NCBI GenBank assembly: GCA_965222115.1
Contig: CBDCTJ010000001.1
Span: forward strand, 224,001 to 288,000
Origin: Planctomycetota bacterium
GTDB taxonomy: Bacteria; Planctomycetota; PLA2; JAEUHO01
DNA length: 64,000 nucleotides
Direction: 5' to 3'
Shown here: one piece after another, positions 9,271-19,402 of the stretch
Numbering within the stretch: position 1 is the first letter of the stretch
How the letters are laid out: the number at the start of each line of letters is the position of its first letter
The notes under the pieces: model-generated
Databases searched by the model: none
What the model saw: the letters and a program-made list of their open reading frames with translations, nothing else
Told to the model about the DNA's origin: nothing
Made by a program: the position numbers and the translations under genes

Positions 9271-10926
9271 GTGCCACGACAAGCAACCCGAGTTCTTTGG
9301 TTGTCAATCGCTCTGAGCGCCACCGTCTCGGTAGTTGCTCATGCCAAGCCCGACAACGACAAGAATGCCGCATTTAAGAAGGCGAGTGCAGCTGCAAGTC
9401 GGTTGATGAAGAAGCCGGGGGAAGGAGAGAAGAAGCTCGCGGCGATCGATGTGCTAGCAAAGGATGACTCGAAGCGCGCGACAGAGGTACTCATTCGGTG
9501 GGCCGACGTTACACATTCGCTGCGATCCAAGAAGCTTGGGCCCAAGGCCGACAAGGCCAAGAAGACCTATGACGAATTGCTTGCAAAGACGATTGCGTCT
9601 CGTGGGCGGTCGATCCCCATGTGGCCGGAGCCGATTCAAGAACGGGTAGACAAGAAGAAGGTAGCCTCCGAAGAACTCGCCGCACTCGTTCGCACGGAAG
9701 TCAATGTTGCTTCGAGACTCGCTGACGCCATTGGCAAGGTGACCAATGAAGACGCCATTGCGTGGATTGCATCGTCCGGCCTGCCGGGCCTACTCAGCAA
9801 GAAGGGTCCGCGTGAGGTTCCCGGTGCCTGTGTCTCGCTAATTCTCAAGAACGTCACCAACGATGCATCACCCGCATTGCTAAAGGCGGTGCAGTACGAG
9901 ATTACACCGCGTGCGCGCGTTCAGGCATTGGATTGGATTGCCAAGGAGTCTATTCCCGGCGCGGCGAGCAAACTCGGTGACTGCCTGAGTTCCAAATCAA
10001 TTATGGTTCGTCGCGCATGTGTACGAACAATGAAAGCGCTCAATGATCCGGTAGCGGTTCCCATGCTCATCGACGGACTCAAGTCGGCCGACGGATTGCT
10101 CGCCGCCGAGATCGCTGACGTGCTGCACAACTTCACAGGCATGACATTGGGACGCGATGCCAAGCCTTGGAAGGCGTGGTGGAACAAAGAAGGCAAAACG
10201 TGGCTCGCTGCCGAGGATAAAAAGCGACATGGCTCCTTGCCATCGAAGGGCAAAGTGGGGTTTTACGGAATCACGTCGCCCTCCAATCGCATCGTATTTG
10301 TGCTCGATCGCTCGGGATCGATGATTGCCAAGGCCAAACAGAAGGTGGCGAGCAAGGCCGGTGGCACGGCAGAGCAAGGGGGCTCCAAACAGGCCGCAGG
10401 AACCATGCTCGACTTGGCCAAACGAGAGTTGCGTCGGAGCATCAATCGACTCGATTCGCGCGTGCTGTTCAATGTGGTTTTCTACAACAGCAGCGTGGAG
10501 GTGTGGAAGAAGCCGCCGAACCTCTTGCCCGCAACCGACAAGAATAAGATCGCCGCACAGTCGTGGTTTATGCCGCTCAAACCCATTGAGTCAACGGCGC
10601 TATTCTCAGCGCTACACAAGGCACTCGAGTACGCCAACCAATACGGAAGTGACGATCGTTATGGCAAACCGGGCGCCGACACGATCTTCTTATTGTCCGA
10701 CGGCACGCCCACCAAAGAGCTAAAAGGCGCGGCCAAACTCACGGAGTCACCGCCGGAGTTAACCGACGAAGAGATCGACGCTGCATTCAAGAAATTCATG
10801 AAAGCCAACGAACTCGTGCGTTGCGTGGTCCATACCATCGGGCTCGGCCCCGCCCACAACCGCGATCTCATGCGCCGCCTCGCCAAAGCCACCGGCGGCA
10901 CCTACGTCGCCGTTGGCATGGACTAG
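9271..10926 (+). CDS. Secreted HEAT-repeat plus VWA domain protein
   Basis: Signal peptide; HEAT-like helices and WKAWW; MIDAS motif VFVLDRSGSM, IFLLSDG, VHTIGLG. Confidence 0.85.
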   Translation: MPRQATRVLWLSIALSATVSVVAHAKPDNDKNAAFKKASAAASRLMKKPGEGEKKLAAIDVLAKDDSKRATEVLIRWADVTHSLRSKKLGPKADKAKKTYDELLAKTIASRGRSIPMWPEPIQERVDKKKVASEELAALVRTEVNVASRLADAIGKVTNEDAIAWIASSGLPGLLSKKGPREVPGACVSLILKNVTNDASPALLKAVQYEITPRARVQALDWIAKESIPGAASKLGDCLSSKSIMVRRACVRTMKALNDPVAVPMLIDGLKSADGLLAAEIADVLHNFTGMTLGRDAKPWKAWWNKEGKTWLAAEDKKRHGSLPSKGKVGFYGITSPSNRIVFVLDRSGSMIAKAKQKVASKAGGTAEQGGSKQAAGTMLDLAKRELRRSINRLDSRVLFNVVFYNSSVEVWKKPPNLLPATDKNKIAAQSWFMPLKPIESTALFSALHKALEYANQYGSDDRYGKPGADTIFLLSDGTPTKELKGAAKLTESPPELTDEEIDAAFKKFMKANELVRCVVHTIGLGPAHNRDLMRRLAKATGGTYVAVGMD

Positions 10927-11493
10927 TGCGAGCGTAAGTTCGAACTTTGGGTGCGACGCGTGATGTAGCTCTTCGTTGGCGAGCGTGGCGAGTTGATGCC
11001 CCAACCCCCTACCTCGAAGCTTGGCTCTAGCCTCATGCTGTGTCCACGCACGCCAGAATAGTCGCGGGCGATCTTCGTCGGCATATGCACCTATCTGCCT
11101 AGTCAAATCGGCGCCAAGTGTTTGAGTCGCAACGTCACCCCAATCAGGAAATGGGCGTACTTCTTCGATATCAATACCGACTTGGGCCCGATGGACGATT
11201 GCGATGGCAGCAAACGGACCGGATGAAGTTGCATTGAATCCAATATCATCGAATCCTCGCACACGCGGTTTGCCGAACTGCCCATAGTCAAAGCGAATCG
11301 CGGACGGCTCAATGTGAATTTTCGCCGCGAGTTGCTCACGAAGCCACCCACGCCGACACATCCAAAACCGCCGCGAGCGTTGATCCGAATACTGTTCGGC
11401 GGTCGCGACGTCGTCGTCCGAAAGTGTCCGTTTGAGCACGTCGTACCGTTCCATCAACTCGCCCAAACGCGTAATGAGGATTCTTGGCTTCAT
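10759..11493 (-). CDS. Sfp-type 4'-phosphopantetheinyl transferase
   Basis: GQFGKP, FNATSS, VGIDIE, FWRAWTQHEARAKLRGRGL; ATGA overlap with the NRPS stop. Confidence 0.85.
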   Translation of the reverse strand: MKPRILITRLGELMERYDVLKRTLSDDDVATAEQYSDQRSRRFWMCRRGWLREQLAAKIHIEPSAIRFDYGQFGKPRVRGFDDIGFNATSSGPFAAIAIVHRAQVGIDIEEVRPFPDWGDVATQTLGADLTRQIGAYADEDRPRLFWRAWTQHEARAKLRGRGLGHQLATLANEELHHASHPKFELTLALVHANGDVGAAGGFGEAAHEIAVVGGAEPDGMDHATHEFVGFHEFLECSVDLFVG

Positions 11494-14400
11494 GCACGCA
11501 CCTCACGTTCCTTGTTTGCGATCGGCTTGGTGGGGCTACCGGCGAACGTTGTGTTCGACGAGAGTCGCTCGCGCTTCATAACAACACTTTGAGGCATTAC
11601 GCACGCCCCTTCTCCGATATCTGATCCGTAGAACAGAATCGCACCGTCACGCACGGTTGCGCCCTTGCCAATGCGTATCGTATCAATCTTGAGGATGCGA
11701 TCTTCAAACGTGTGCGCCTGAAAGTGACCGCTTACCGTGGCTTCGTCGTCGATGGAAATCATGTCGGGATCCACAACTTGGGCGAAGCCACCACCAAGCA
11801 CAACGCGCTTGCCGACACGCATGCCCATCGCGCGCAGATACCACGCCAAGAACAAGGTTCCTTCGAAAGCGGACATCAAGCCTCGAATCCACGCGTTCCA
11901 ACACACGTACACGAAATCCCAGCGACAGCACCAGCATGACCACAGTGCGTGTTGTCCAGGTCGGACCCGTCCAAGCAGTGTCCATTTAAGAAATAAGACA
12001 AGGAGGCCGAGCGTGGCGGCGGCAAGGATCACGGAAACCGGCAGTAGCCACAGGAACATCTGAGTTGAAGACATCGTCGCGGATAACACGGAGACGCCAT
12101 GTAACCAAACAAGCAAGATGAACAATGGAACAATCGGGATTAGAAAGCGTAGCGACTCGAAGAAGATGCGCGTTACATACTGCACGGGCCCCGGGTCGTG
12201 CGTGAGGCGGCGATCGGCGTTCACGACTTCACGACGCGGCAATGTAAACGCGGGATGGCCGAACCACGTCGAGTCTTGTGTCATCTGCTCATCGTCGGCA
12301 ACGGTCGCCACGCCAACCAAAAGGTTGGATGGGAGTGAGCTGCCGGCGGGGACCACCGCGTGATTCCCAAGAAACGAATCGCCTCCGAGTGACGTCGCCC
12401 CATGCTCAACCACGCCTTGTCGAATCCGCGCGCCGCCAAGGTAGATTCCATCCGCAAGGAAACACTCAGAACCAAGCGCAACGGACGATGGCACGACGTC
12501 GGTGATAGTACTAATCTCAGACTTTGAGCCGACTTTCATGCCGGCGAAACGGAGCCACACAGGCCAAAACAGTGAACCGCTCAAGAGTCGCCCTACGCCC
12601 GATACGGCGTCACTTGCCAACCGATCGCGTATACGTGCCAGACTAAGATTCCAAATGACCGCTGGACGTTGATACGCCAGCAAGCGAATTGCAACGGCTG
12701 AACTCACGAGCGTTACAAGCAGAGAGACAACGATCAGGGCCGTCAACTCGCCGAAGATCCCCGCGCCGCCTGTGCCCGCAAACAGACCATCAAGCACGAA
12801 AGCGGTATCGACCCCCGGCCACGCGATGAGTAGTAGCGCGAACGGCGCATAGTAGGCCAGTGTTCCAAACGCAAACCGCGACATCATCATGGCTACGCCA
12901 TGCATCAATGGTGTCAACGGCCGATCGGGCGAAGGCTTTATCGGCGTGCCGAGACGCTCGACTCGTTTCGCCGGTACACCGTTCCATCGCTCACCATCCG
13001 GAAGCGTCTTCCCCTGCGGCAGCCACGACAGCGAAGTGAGATGCGAGTCCTCATCAAGTGTTGTGTGTGCATCGACGCCGGCACGAGTCTCAAGGACGCA
13101 TCGATCGCCGAGGGAGACAGGCCCAATGACCAGATCGCCCCGGTCGTAATCGATGAGCCGGATTGAGGCATCGCGACCAATGCACACGTCGTCGCCGATA
13201 TGGAGAAGATCCCAGCCACCGTTTCCCAGCGCCACGCCTCGGTGAATATGAACACGTTCACCGATCTGCGCCCCAAGCGCACGCAGCGCGGAACAGAAAA
13301 ACACCGTTTCTGATAGGGCGCCCCACGGGACGAATCGCGCGAGATGGGCGAGCAACCAATGCCTAAGATAAAAGCCGCTCCAGACCGGCACGCGCATCGA
13401 GCGGTAGCGGCCAATCAAAACGCGCTTTGCCAGAACGAGAAGCGCTACGGACAAGGGTGCATACAACAAAAATGCGATGAAGCTCGCTAATGGCAACGCA
13501 AGCAGCGTGGTAGTGAGTCCAAACTCATGCAGCACAAAAGGGAGTAAAAGGAAGAAAATCGCGTAGAGCGTCGCTGCACCCACAACCGTTTCTGCGAGGA
13601 GCCAAATCCCTTGACACGTCGTAACGAGCAGCGGGCGACGGCGACTCGCCATCGACGAATCGATACTTGAGACTGAGTCGTTTGAGACCGCGTCGCTTGT
13701 CGTCGCCTTCGTTGCAATCGCGTCAATCGTGCGCAACTCGTAGATATCGCGCACCGAAATGGATGCTGTACGCGGATCCTTTCGAAGCTTTGACACCGCC
13801 AGTGCCGCGCCAACGGAGTTGCCGCCTAGGTCAAAAAAGAAGTCGTCCTGGCGCCCAGCCGAAGCGCGCCCCACAGCCTCTGACACGGCACGAAACACGA
13901 CGGATTCGACATCATTTGGGCCGTCGGGCTTGGGAGTGAACTCGATCGTCGGAACAAGTAAGGAATCGCGGTCGAGCTTCCCGCTGGGTAGCGTAGGTAG
14001 CCTGTCTATCGCATAGATGCGTGCCGGCACAAGCGTTGCGGGAACACTCGTCTGCAGCCGTGCAAGAAGCGCGGCTTCGTCAATGCCCTGTGCATCCCGT
14101 TCACTGACAACAAAACCAATGAGCGCGTCGATTTCACCCAAACGACGGACACACGCGGCTGCATTCGCAACGCCAGGAAGCCTCGTGAGATGCGCCTCGA
14201 CTTCTTCAAGTTCAATGCGATGACCGTGCAACTTGACTTGCGCGTCCATGCGACCCAAGTAGTAGAACGCGCCGCTTGCATCCTGACGCACACGATCCCC
14301 TGTGCGATAGATACGCCCATGTTTCGGGTGAACCGGAAATCGCGCTTGCGTGAGTTCGTCACGATCCAGATAGCCGCGCGCAACCCCCACGCCGCCAATC

Positions 14401-15476
14401 ACGAGTTCTCCCTCCACTCCGTTCGCACATGGCGTGAGATCCTCATTCAGCACACGGGCCATCGTCCCTTCAACGGGAACGCCTATGGAGATCTCTTCAC
14501 CTTTTCCGATGTCGGCCCGCAACGTCGTGACCGCGCATTCCGTGGGTCCATAGCCGTTGACGAGGCGTCGCCCAATCGACCATGCATCTGCGATGTCACG
14601 CGGCAGCGGCTCGCCGCCCACATACATCAGCCGAATACCTGGCAACTGCTCATGCGGCGCGCTTACGTCCAGCGTTCGCAGCAGTGTTGGCGGAGGACAA
14701 AAGACGGTTATCTGCTCTTCCCGTAGCCAATGGGTTAGGTCAGGACCCCCGCGAACCGTCTCGTCATCCAATACAACAACTGCAGCACCGACCGATAACG
14801 CAAGCCATGTTTCCTCGACCGACGAGTCGTAGGCATGCGACGATCCTTGCGCCACGCGATCGTGTGTATCCAAACCAAAGTGATTTCGATCGGACTCAAC
14901 GAGATTGACAATGCTCCGATGTTCGATCAACACACCCTTGGGCTTTCCAGACGTTCCGGATGTGTAAATCACATAGGCAAGATCCGATGCGGAGGGTGTA
15001 AGGCTGCCCTCAGCATTTGTTATCGACAAGGGTTGTGAACTCTCGTCCACACTCGGAGGAACGACAATATCTTCAGCGGGAATACCTAGTTGCGTCAGCC
15101 GTGAAGCACCCTTCTCATCCGCGACAATCAGCATAGGCGACGCGTCTTGTATGAGGTCCGCAAGCCGTGCATCGGGATAGCTTGGCTCAAGCGCAAGAAA
15201 CGCCCCTCCGGACTTGAGCACAGCCAACTCTGTCGCAAACAGCGCAGGATCGTCGCGTGGAATCAAAATGGCAACGATCGCGTCGCTCGTCACTTGCGGA
15301 CATAGGCGGTTGGCTATTGCATCGGACCACGCGTCAAAGTGCGCATACGTCACGGTCCTACGTCTCACCCGTGTCGCCGCAGGTGGAACCTCAATCGCAA
15401 CACGATTCGGATATTGCCGAACCGTCGATCGAAACACGTCAACCAGCGTCTGAAAGGGAACCGTGCCTGAAGTCAC
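11490..15476 (-). CDS. Pls/PosA-family single-module membrane NRPS (A-T-TM with three C-terminal repeat domains)
   Basis: A-domain YTSGTSGKPKG, NGYGPTE, YRTGD, SGKLDR; T-domain FFDLGGNS; TM pairs alternating with three LbH-like domains (LRALGAQIG, LRFAGMKVG, LRAMGMRVG; QAHTFEDR). In-frame GTG at 15476 overlaps the SET stop. Confidence 0.9.
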   Translation of the reverse strand: MTSGTVPFQTLVDVFRSTVRQYPNRVAIEVPPAATRVRRRTVTYAHFDAWSDAIANRLCPQVTSDAIVAILIPRDDPALFATELAVLKSGGAFLALEPSYPDARLADLIQDASPMLIVADEKGASRLTQLGIPAEDIVVPPSVDESSQPLSITNAEGSLTPSASDLAYVIYTSGTSGKPKGVLIEHRSIVNLVESDRNHFGLDTHDRVAQGSSHAYDSSVEETWLALSVGAAVVVLDDETVRGGPDLTHWLREEQITVFCPPPTLLRTLDVSAPHEQLPGIRLMYVGGEPLPRDIADAWSIGRRLVNGYGPTECAVTTLRADIGKGEEISIGVPVEGTMARVLNEDLTPCANGVEGELVIGGVGVARGYLDRDELTQARFPVHPKHGRIYRTGDRVRQDASGAFYYLGRMDAQVKLHGHRIELEEVEAHLTRLPGVANAAACVRRLGEIDALIGFVVSERDAQGIDEAALLARLQTSVPATLVPARIYAIDRLPTLPSGKLDRDSLLVPTIEFTPKPDGPNDVESVVFRAVSEAVGRASAGRQDDFFFDLGGNSVGAALAVSKLRKDPRTASISVRDIYELRTIDAIATKATTSDAVSNDSVSSIDSSMASRRRPLLVTTCQGIWLLAETVVGAATLYAIFFLLLPFVLHEFGLTTTLLALPLASFIAFLLYAPLSVALLVLAKRVLIGRYRSMRVPVWSGFYLRHWLLAHLARFVPWGALSETVFFCSALRALGAQIGERVHIHRGVALGNGGWDLLHIGDDVCIGRDASIRLIDYDRGDLVIGPVSLGDRCVLETRAGVDAHTTLDEDSHLTSLSWLPQGKTLPDGERWNGVPAKRVERLGTPIKPSPDRPLTPLMHGVAMMMSRFAFGTLAYYAPFALLLIAWPGVDTAFVLDGLFAGTGGAGIFGELTALIVVSLLVTLVSSAVAIRLLAYQRPAVIWNLSLARIRDRLASDAVSGVGRLLSGSLFWPVWLRFAGMKVGSKSEISTITDVVPSSVALGSECFLADGIYLGGARIRQGVVEHGATSLGGDSFLGNHAVVPAGSSLPSNLLVGVATVADDEQMTQDSTWFGHPAFTLPRREVVNADRRLTHDPGPVQYVTRIFFESLRFLIPIVPLFILLVWLHGVSVLSATMSSTQMFLWLLPVSVILAAATLGLLVLFLKWTLLGRVRPGQHALWSCWCCRWDFVYVCWNAWIRGLMSAFEGTLFLAWYLRAMGMRVGKRVVLGGGFAQVVDPDMISIDDEATVSGHFQAHTFEDRILKIDTIRIGKGATVRDGAILFYGSDIGEGACVMPQSVVMKRERLSSNTTFAGSPTKPIANKEREVRA

Positions 15477-16012
15477 TCGTCGTAGATTTGCACAATGTGC
15501 GGACTCAAGAGGTGCGCAATGCGTTTGCGTTCGGGATGACTGAGGTGCATGAATCCGCGGATCTTCTGTTGGCGACACGTTGGCCTCTGACATTCGCAGA
15601 AAAACGGCTCGGCGATTTCAAGTTCCGTCGTGTTGTAGTCAAACGTTAGCTCATCGCCCTCCGCGATGTCGTCAATCGCAATGACTTCGGGCGCAGCAAT
15701 CCGAACCGTGGGCGCGCAACTGTGATTGAGAAAGCGCCAGGGGTAGGGGTGGCGTCCTGCCGCTTCCGAATCACCGACACACGCATCGAGATGTAATCGG
15801 CTGCCAATCTGTATGGACCAACGAGTGGGTAAATTCGTCAGTGTTCCTGCCAATTGGAGGACGACCTCGCCGGAACGAAATCCACGCGATGCAAAGAGCC
15901 CGAATTGCCCACTTTCCTTTCGCCGGACGTGCACGCCACTGGCCTCGGTTTGATAGGGAGACACCTGGCCCATCTCGTTCATCCCAGTTTTGCAGTCTTC
16001 GGAGATTGACAT
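15473..16012 (-). CDS. SET-domain protein (SAM-dependent lysine methyltransferase fold) with post-SET cysteines
   Basis: GLFA..F..GE, RFLNHSCAPT, GDELTFDY, FFCECQRPTCR. Confidence 0.9.
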   Translation of the reverse strand: MSISEDCKTGMNEMGQVSPYQTEASGVHVRRKESGQFGLFASRGFRSGEVVLQLAGTLTNLPTRWSIQIGSRLHLDACVGDSEAAGRHPYPWRFLNHSCAPTVRIAAPEVIAIDDIAEGDELTFDYNTTELEIAEPFFCECQRPTCRQQKIRGFMHLSHPERKRIAHLLSPHIVQIYDE

Positions 16013-16098
16013 GTGGGATGGGCCTCAAGAGATTTCACGTGTAGCCGCCGATGCGACCGCGCGGTACTGAAACCCCATATGCCGCTGTCTGTTTCTGC

Positions 16099-16183
16099 GC
16101 GCCAAAAATACCTGGTAATTCCGGCGCACCCCATAGGTCGACTTGTTGCGGCGTGCGCCAGAAATACCTGGTATTTGTGGCGC
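16099..16183. repeat. Two 29-bp palindromic repeats (GCGCCA-N17-YGGCGC centred on CCWGG)
   Basis: 16099-16127 GCGCCAAAAATACCTGGTAATTCCGGCGC and 16155-16183 GCGCCAGAAATACCTGGTATTTGTGGCGC; same family as 56663-56856. Confidence 0.8.
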
Positions 16184-16205
16184 ATCGCGTATGCTCGGCG
16201 GCCCT

Positions 16206-16961
16206 ATGGTGCAGCGAACTCCCCTAATTGCAGGTAACTGGAAGATGAACGGCAGCGCGGACGAAGCGTCGCTGTGGGCACATCGAGCGGCCGGGGCTGC
16301 GGCGGCGAGCAAAAATGACGTGGCGGTGTTTCCGCCGGCCGTGCATTTGGATCGCGTGCAGGAGATTGTGGCCGAGAGCAGGGTGTCGCTCGGAGCGCAG
16401 TGCTGCCATCCCCAGTCGTCGGGCGCGTTTACGGGCGCGATATCCGCGTCGATGTTGCCGGTCTACGGCGTGTCGATGGTGCTCTGTGGTCACAGCGAGC
16501 GAAGGCACTTGTTTGGCGAAGACGATGCGTTTGTCGCCGCATGCATGAAAGCCGCGCTTGACGCAGGATTGACGGCGGTGCTGTGCATTGGCGAAACCCT
16601 CGACGAGCGCGAGGCCGGCAAGACGCGCGAGGTCTTGATGCGACAGCTCGACGCGGGCCTCAAGCAGTTGGACGCGACACATCGCGACAAATTGATTGTG
16701 GCCTACGAGCCGGTGTGGGCCATTGGCACCGGCAAGGCGGCTTCCCCGGTTGAGGCCGGTGAGGCCCATGCCTGGATTCGAGCCCGAATTGCCGAAGTGG
16801 ACGAGGAATGGGCCGGTCGCCTGCGAATCCTCTACGGAGGAAGCGTGAAGCCCGCCAACATAGAGGGCTTCCTGGCAGTTCCCGATATCGATGGGGCCCT
16901 GGTCGGCGGCGCAGCGCTCAAGCCCGACGACTTTGCGGCACTCATTGCGGCCGGTAACTGA
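16206..16961 (+). CDS. tpiA: Triosephosphate isomerase
   Basis: AGNWKMN, GHSERR, AYEPVWAIGTG, YGGSV, GALVGGA. Confidence 0.97.
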   Translation: MVQRTPLIAGNWKMNGSADEASLWAHRAAGAAAASKNDVAVFPPAVHLDRVQEIVAESRVSLGAQCCHPQSSGAFTGAISASMLPVYGVSMVLCGHSERRHLFGEDDAFVAACMKAALDAGLTAVLCIGETLDEREAGKTREVLMRQLDAGLKQLDATHRDKLIVAYEPVWAIGTGKAASPVEAGEAHAWIRARIAEVDEEWAGRLRILYGGSVKPANIEGFLAVPDIDGALVGGAALKPDDFAALIAAGN

Positions 16962-17050
16962 TTCAGGAGGCCGCCCTCTAAGAGGGCACCGCAGGTCCGT
17001 TGATACGATGGGCGCTGATCAAGCGGGCAGTACGTACTGAGGTTTTTCAC

Positions 17051-17536
17051 ATGCCGATCGCAACATCCACGCTCACCACACTCGAGTTCGCTACGCCCCT
17101 AGCGGCCAGCGGATTCATTCGCGGCCTCGTCATGACCCTCTTCATCATCAGCGCCATCCTCACGCTGTTCGTAATCCTCGCCCAGGAAGGCAAAGGCGGT
17201 GGACTTGCTGGCGCATTTGGTGGTGCGGGCGCCGACGCATTTGGTGTCAAGGCAGGAACCGTCAACCGCGTCACGTCGTGGATCTCCGGTGCGTTTCTCG
17301 CACTTGCACTGCTCTACGCAGGACTGTCTTCTACCGCCAATCGCGCCACGGCACCCACCGGTTCAAATTCTAGCGGCCCGGATATCGAGGCGTTCGATCC
17401 CAACAAGGCTGATGACAGCGTCGCACCCAAAGACGACGGCGCTTCCAGTGGATCGTCCACCGAAGAGTCAACGCCTGGCGGCTCAAGCGAAGGCGGCACG
17501 GATGAGAGCGGATCCGGATCCAGCGAAGACAAGTAG
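17051..17536 (+). CDS. secG: Preprotein translocase subunit SecG
   Basis: ILAQEGKGGGLAGAFGG between two TM helices; follows tpiA. Confidence 0.9.
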   Translation: MPIATSTLTTLEFATPLAASGFIRGLVMTLFIISAILTLFVILAQEGKGGGLAGAFGGAGADAFGVKAGTVNRVTSWISGAFLALALLYAGLSSTANRATAPTGSNSSGPDIEAFDPNKADDSVAPKDDGASSGSSTEESTPGGSSEGGTDESGSGSSEDK

Positions 17537-17558
17537 CGTAGAGCGTTAGCGGTAAAGC

Positions 17559-18476
17559 ATGAGCACCGCATCAAACGACGATCCATTAGGCGCCACCATC
17601 CAGTCGATGACGGGTAGCGGGCGCGCCCTCGTTCAAGACGGCCCCATTCGCATCGAAGTCGATGCCCATTCGGTGAACAACCGCTTTCTCAAGACATCGG
17701 TGCGCACGTCGGGCGGCTTGCGACGCATGGATGCCAACGTTTCGGCAACGACGAAAGCACGCTTTCAGCGCGGGCACATCACGATCGCCATTCGTTTGGA
17801 GCGCGACGCCGCGACGGAAACTGCCTCGCGCATTGACGCCGCCGCATTTGAACGAGGTGCCAAGCAGTTGGATGCATTGGCCAAAGCGTCGGGCATCGCG
17901 AGTGTTACGCCGCGCGATGTGCTCGCCATTCCCGGGGTCATCATTGAGCACCGAGATGCACCCGACGAAGCGATGCTCGACAAGCTCATTGCAACGGCAC
18001 TAGAACAAGCTCTGGCTTCGCTTGAAGCATCACGAACAAGCGAGGGTGCCCATCTCGCATCGGAGTTGGCGATGCTGTTTGGCGAAGTTGAGTCCTTGCG
18101 TACGGAGCTTGTCGCCGTTGCCGACAGACTCCCGGCCGCCGTACAGGCCAAACTCGTCGATCGATTGAAGGATCTGCTAAACGGCACCAACGCGGAAGTC
18201 GAACCTTCGCATCTCGCTCGCGAAGTCGCGATGCTTGCCGATCGCGCCGACATTCGAGAAGAGTTGACCCGCTTGGCATCTCACGGCAAGCAGGCGCGCG
18301 AATTGCTAGGCAAGGGCGGCGGCGTGGGTCGAGCCCTTGAATTCTTGCTCCAAGAGTTTCACCGCGAAATCAACACGATTGGCAGCAAGGCGGCCGACCT
18401 CAATGTGACGAATTCGGTATTGGCCATGAAATCCGTTCTCGAACGCATTCGCGAGCAGGTTCAAAACGTTGAATAG
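17559..18476 (+). CDS. yicC: YicC/YloC family endoribonuclease
   Basis: SMTG.G, SVNNRFL, DIREELTRL, FHREINTIGSK, IREQVQNVE. Confidence 0.93.
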   Translation: MSTASNDDPLGATIQSMTGSGRALVQDGPIRIEVDAHSVNNRFLKTSVRTSGGLRRMDANVSATTKARFQRGHITIAIRLERDAATETASRIDAAAFERGAKQLDALAKASGIASVTPRDVLAIPGVIIEHRDAPDEAMLDKLIATALEQALASLEASRTSEGAHLASELAMLFGEVESLRTELVAVADRLPAAVQAKLVDRLKDLLNGTNAEVEPSHLAREVAMLADRADIREELTRLASHGKQARELLGKGGGVGRALEFLLQEFHREINTIGSKAADLNVTNSVLAMKSVLERIREQVQNVE

Positions 18477-19113
18477 CGGTGAGCCTGCGGTCAATGCGCG
18501 TCGCCCTCGCGTCGTGATACTCAGCGGTACAAGCGGCGCAGGTAAGACGTCCCTTTCGGTTCGCCTCCTCCAAGACAAACGCTTCGGACGTGCGGTTACG
18601 GCCACGACGCGCAAATCCCGCGGCGATGAAGTTCACGGTACGCACTATTTCTTCTACTCACCCGTTGACTTCGCCGAACGCGAGGCGCGGGGCGAGTTCC
18701 TCGAAACGGCAGACGTCTATGGGCACCGTTACGGCACGCCGCGCAGGAGTGTGCTCAAGGTGCTTGGCGCGGATCAGCACTGCATATTGGTGATCGACGT
18801 TCAGGGATTCCTCACACTCGACGACTCTCGCGCGCTGACGGGTCTCGGCGGCGACGTCTTGACGGTGTTCGTACGGACCGAGAACCTAGAGACCCTGGCC
18901 GCACGTCTCCGCAGCCGAGGCGAAGACGACGAAGCCACCATTTCCAGGCGTTTGACGCACGCCGAGCAGGAACTCGCACATCAATCGCGCTTCGACCACG
19001 TCCTTATCAACGATGACTTCGAGGCCGCGGCGCGCAGGCTGATCGGCATCGTTCTTGACGAATCTTCACCCGCTGCACCTCGAACGGATGAGGACGAGCC
19101 CGCGGACGAGTAG
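18469..19113 (+). CDS. gmk: Guanylate kinase
   Basis: SGTSGAGKTS, TTRKSRGDE.HG.HYFF, YGT, IDVQG. Confidence 0.93.
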   Translation: MNSGEPAVNARRPRVVILSGTSGAGKTSLSVRLLQDKRFGRAVTATTRKSRGDEVHGTHYFFYSPVDFAEREARGEFLETADVYGHRYGTPRRSVLKVLGADQHCILVIDVQGFLTLDDSRALTGLGGDVLTVFVRTENLETLAARLRSRGEDDEATISRRLTHAEQELAHQSRFDHVLINDDFEAAARRLIGIVLDESSPAAPRTDEDEPADE

Positions 19114-19159
19114 TAAAGTCCGTGGTTTGGCGTCGCGATTGCGGCTCAGGAGCCCTGCC

Positions 19160-19402
19160 ATGATGGAAGAAAAGATCCGCGTGATCGACGAACTCGAGAC
19201 CGCCGTAGGCGGCCGCTTCCGCTTGATTGCGCTCATCCACAAGCGCGTGCGCGAACTCGTGGCCGGCGCCCCCCGGCTCGTTGACATTCGCTCCGACAAT
19301 CCCATCGACATCGCACTTGAAGAAATCCGTGCAGGCAAGGTCGAGCTCGTAGAAGACGACGACAACCCCGTGATCGGCGACGCAGCACTGCTCGGGAATT
19401 AG
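19160..19402 (+). CDS. rpoZ: RNA polymerase omega subunit
   Basis: GGRFRLIALIHKRVREL...IALEEIRAGK; follows gmk. Confidence 0.88.
   Translation: MMEEKIRVIDELETAVGGRFRLIALIHKRVRELVAGAPRLVDIRSDNPIDIALEEIRAGKVELVEDDDNPVIGDAALLGN

Noticed and set aside
15477-15593. 121-bp overlap of the NRPS with the SET gene, as in the ORF track
   Set aside because: The in-frame GTG at 15476 gives a standard GTGA coupling, and the extension has no domain features
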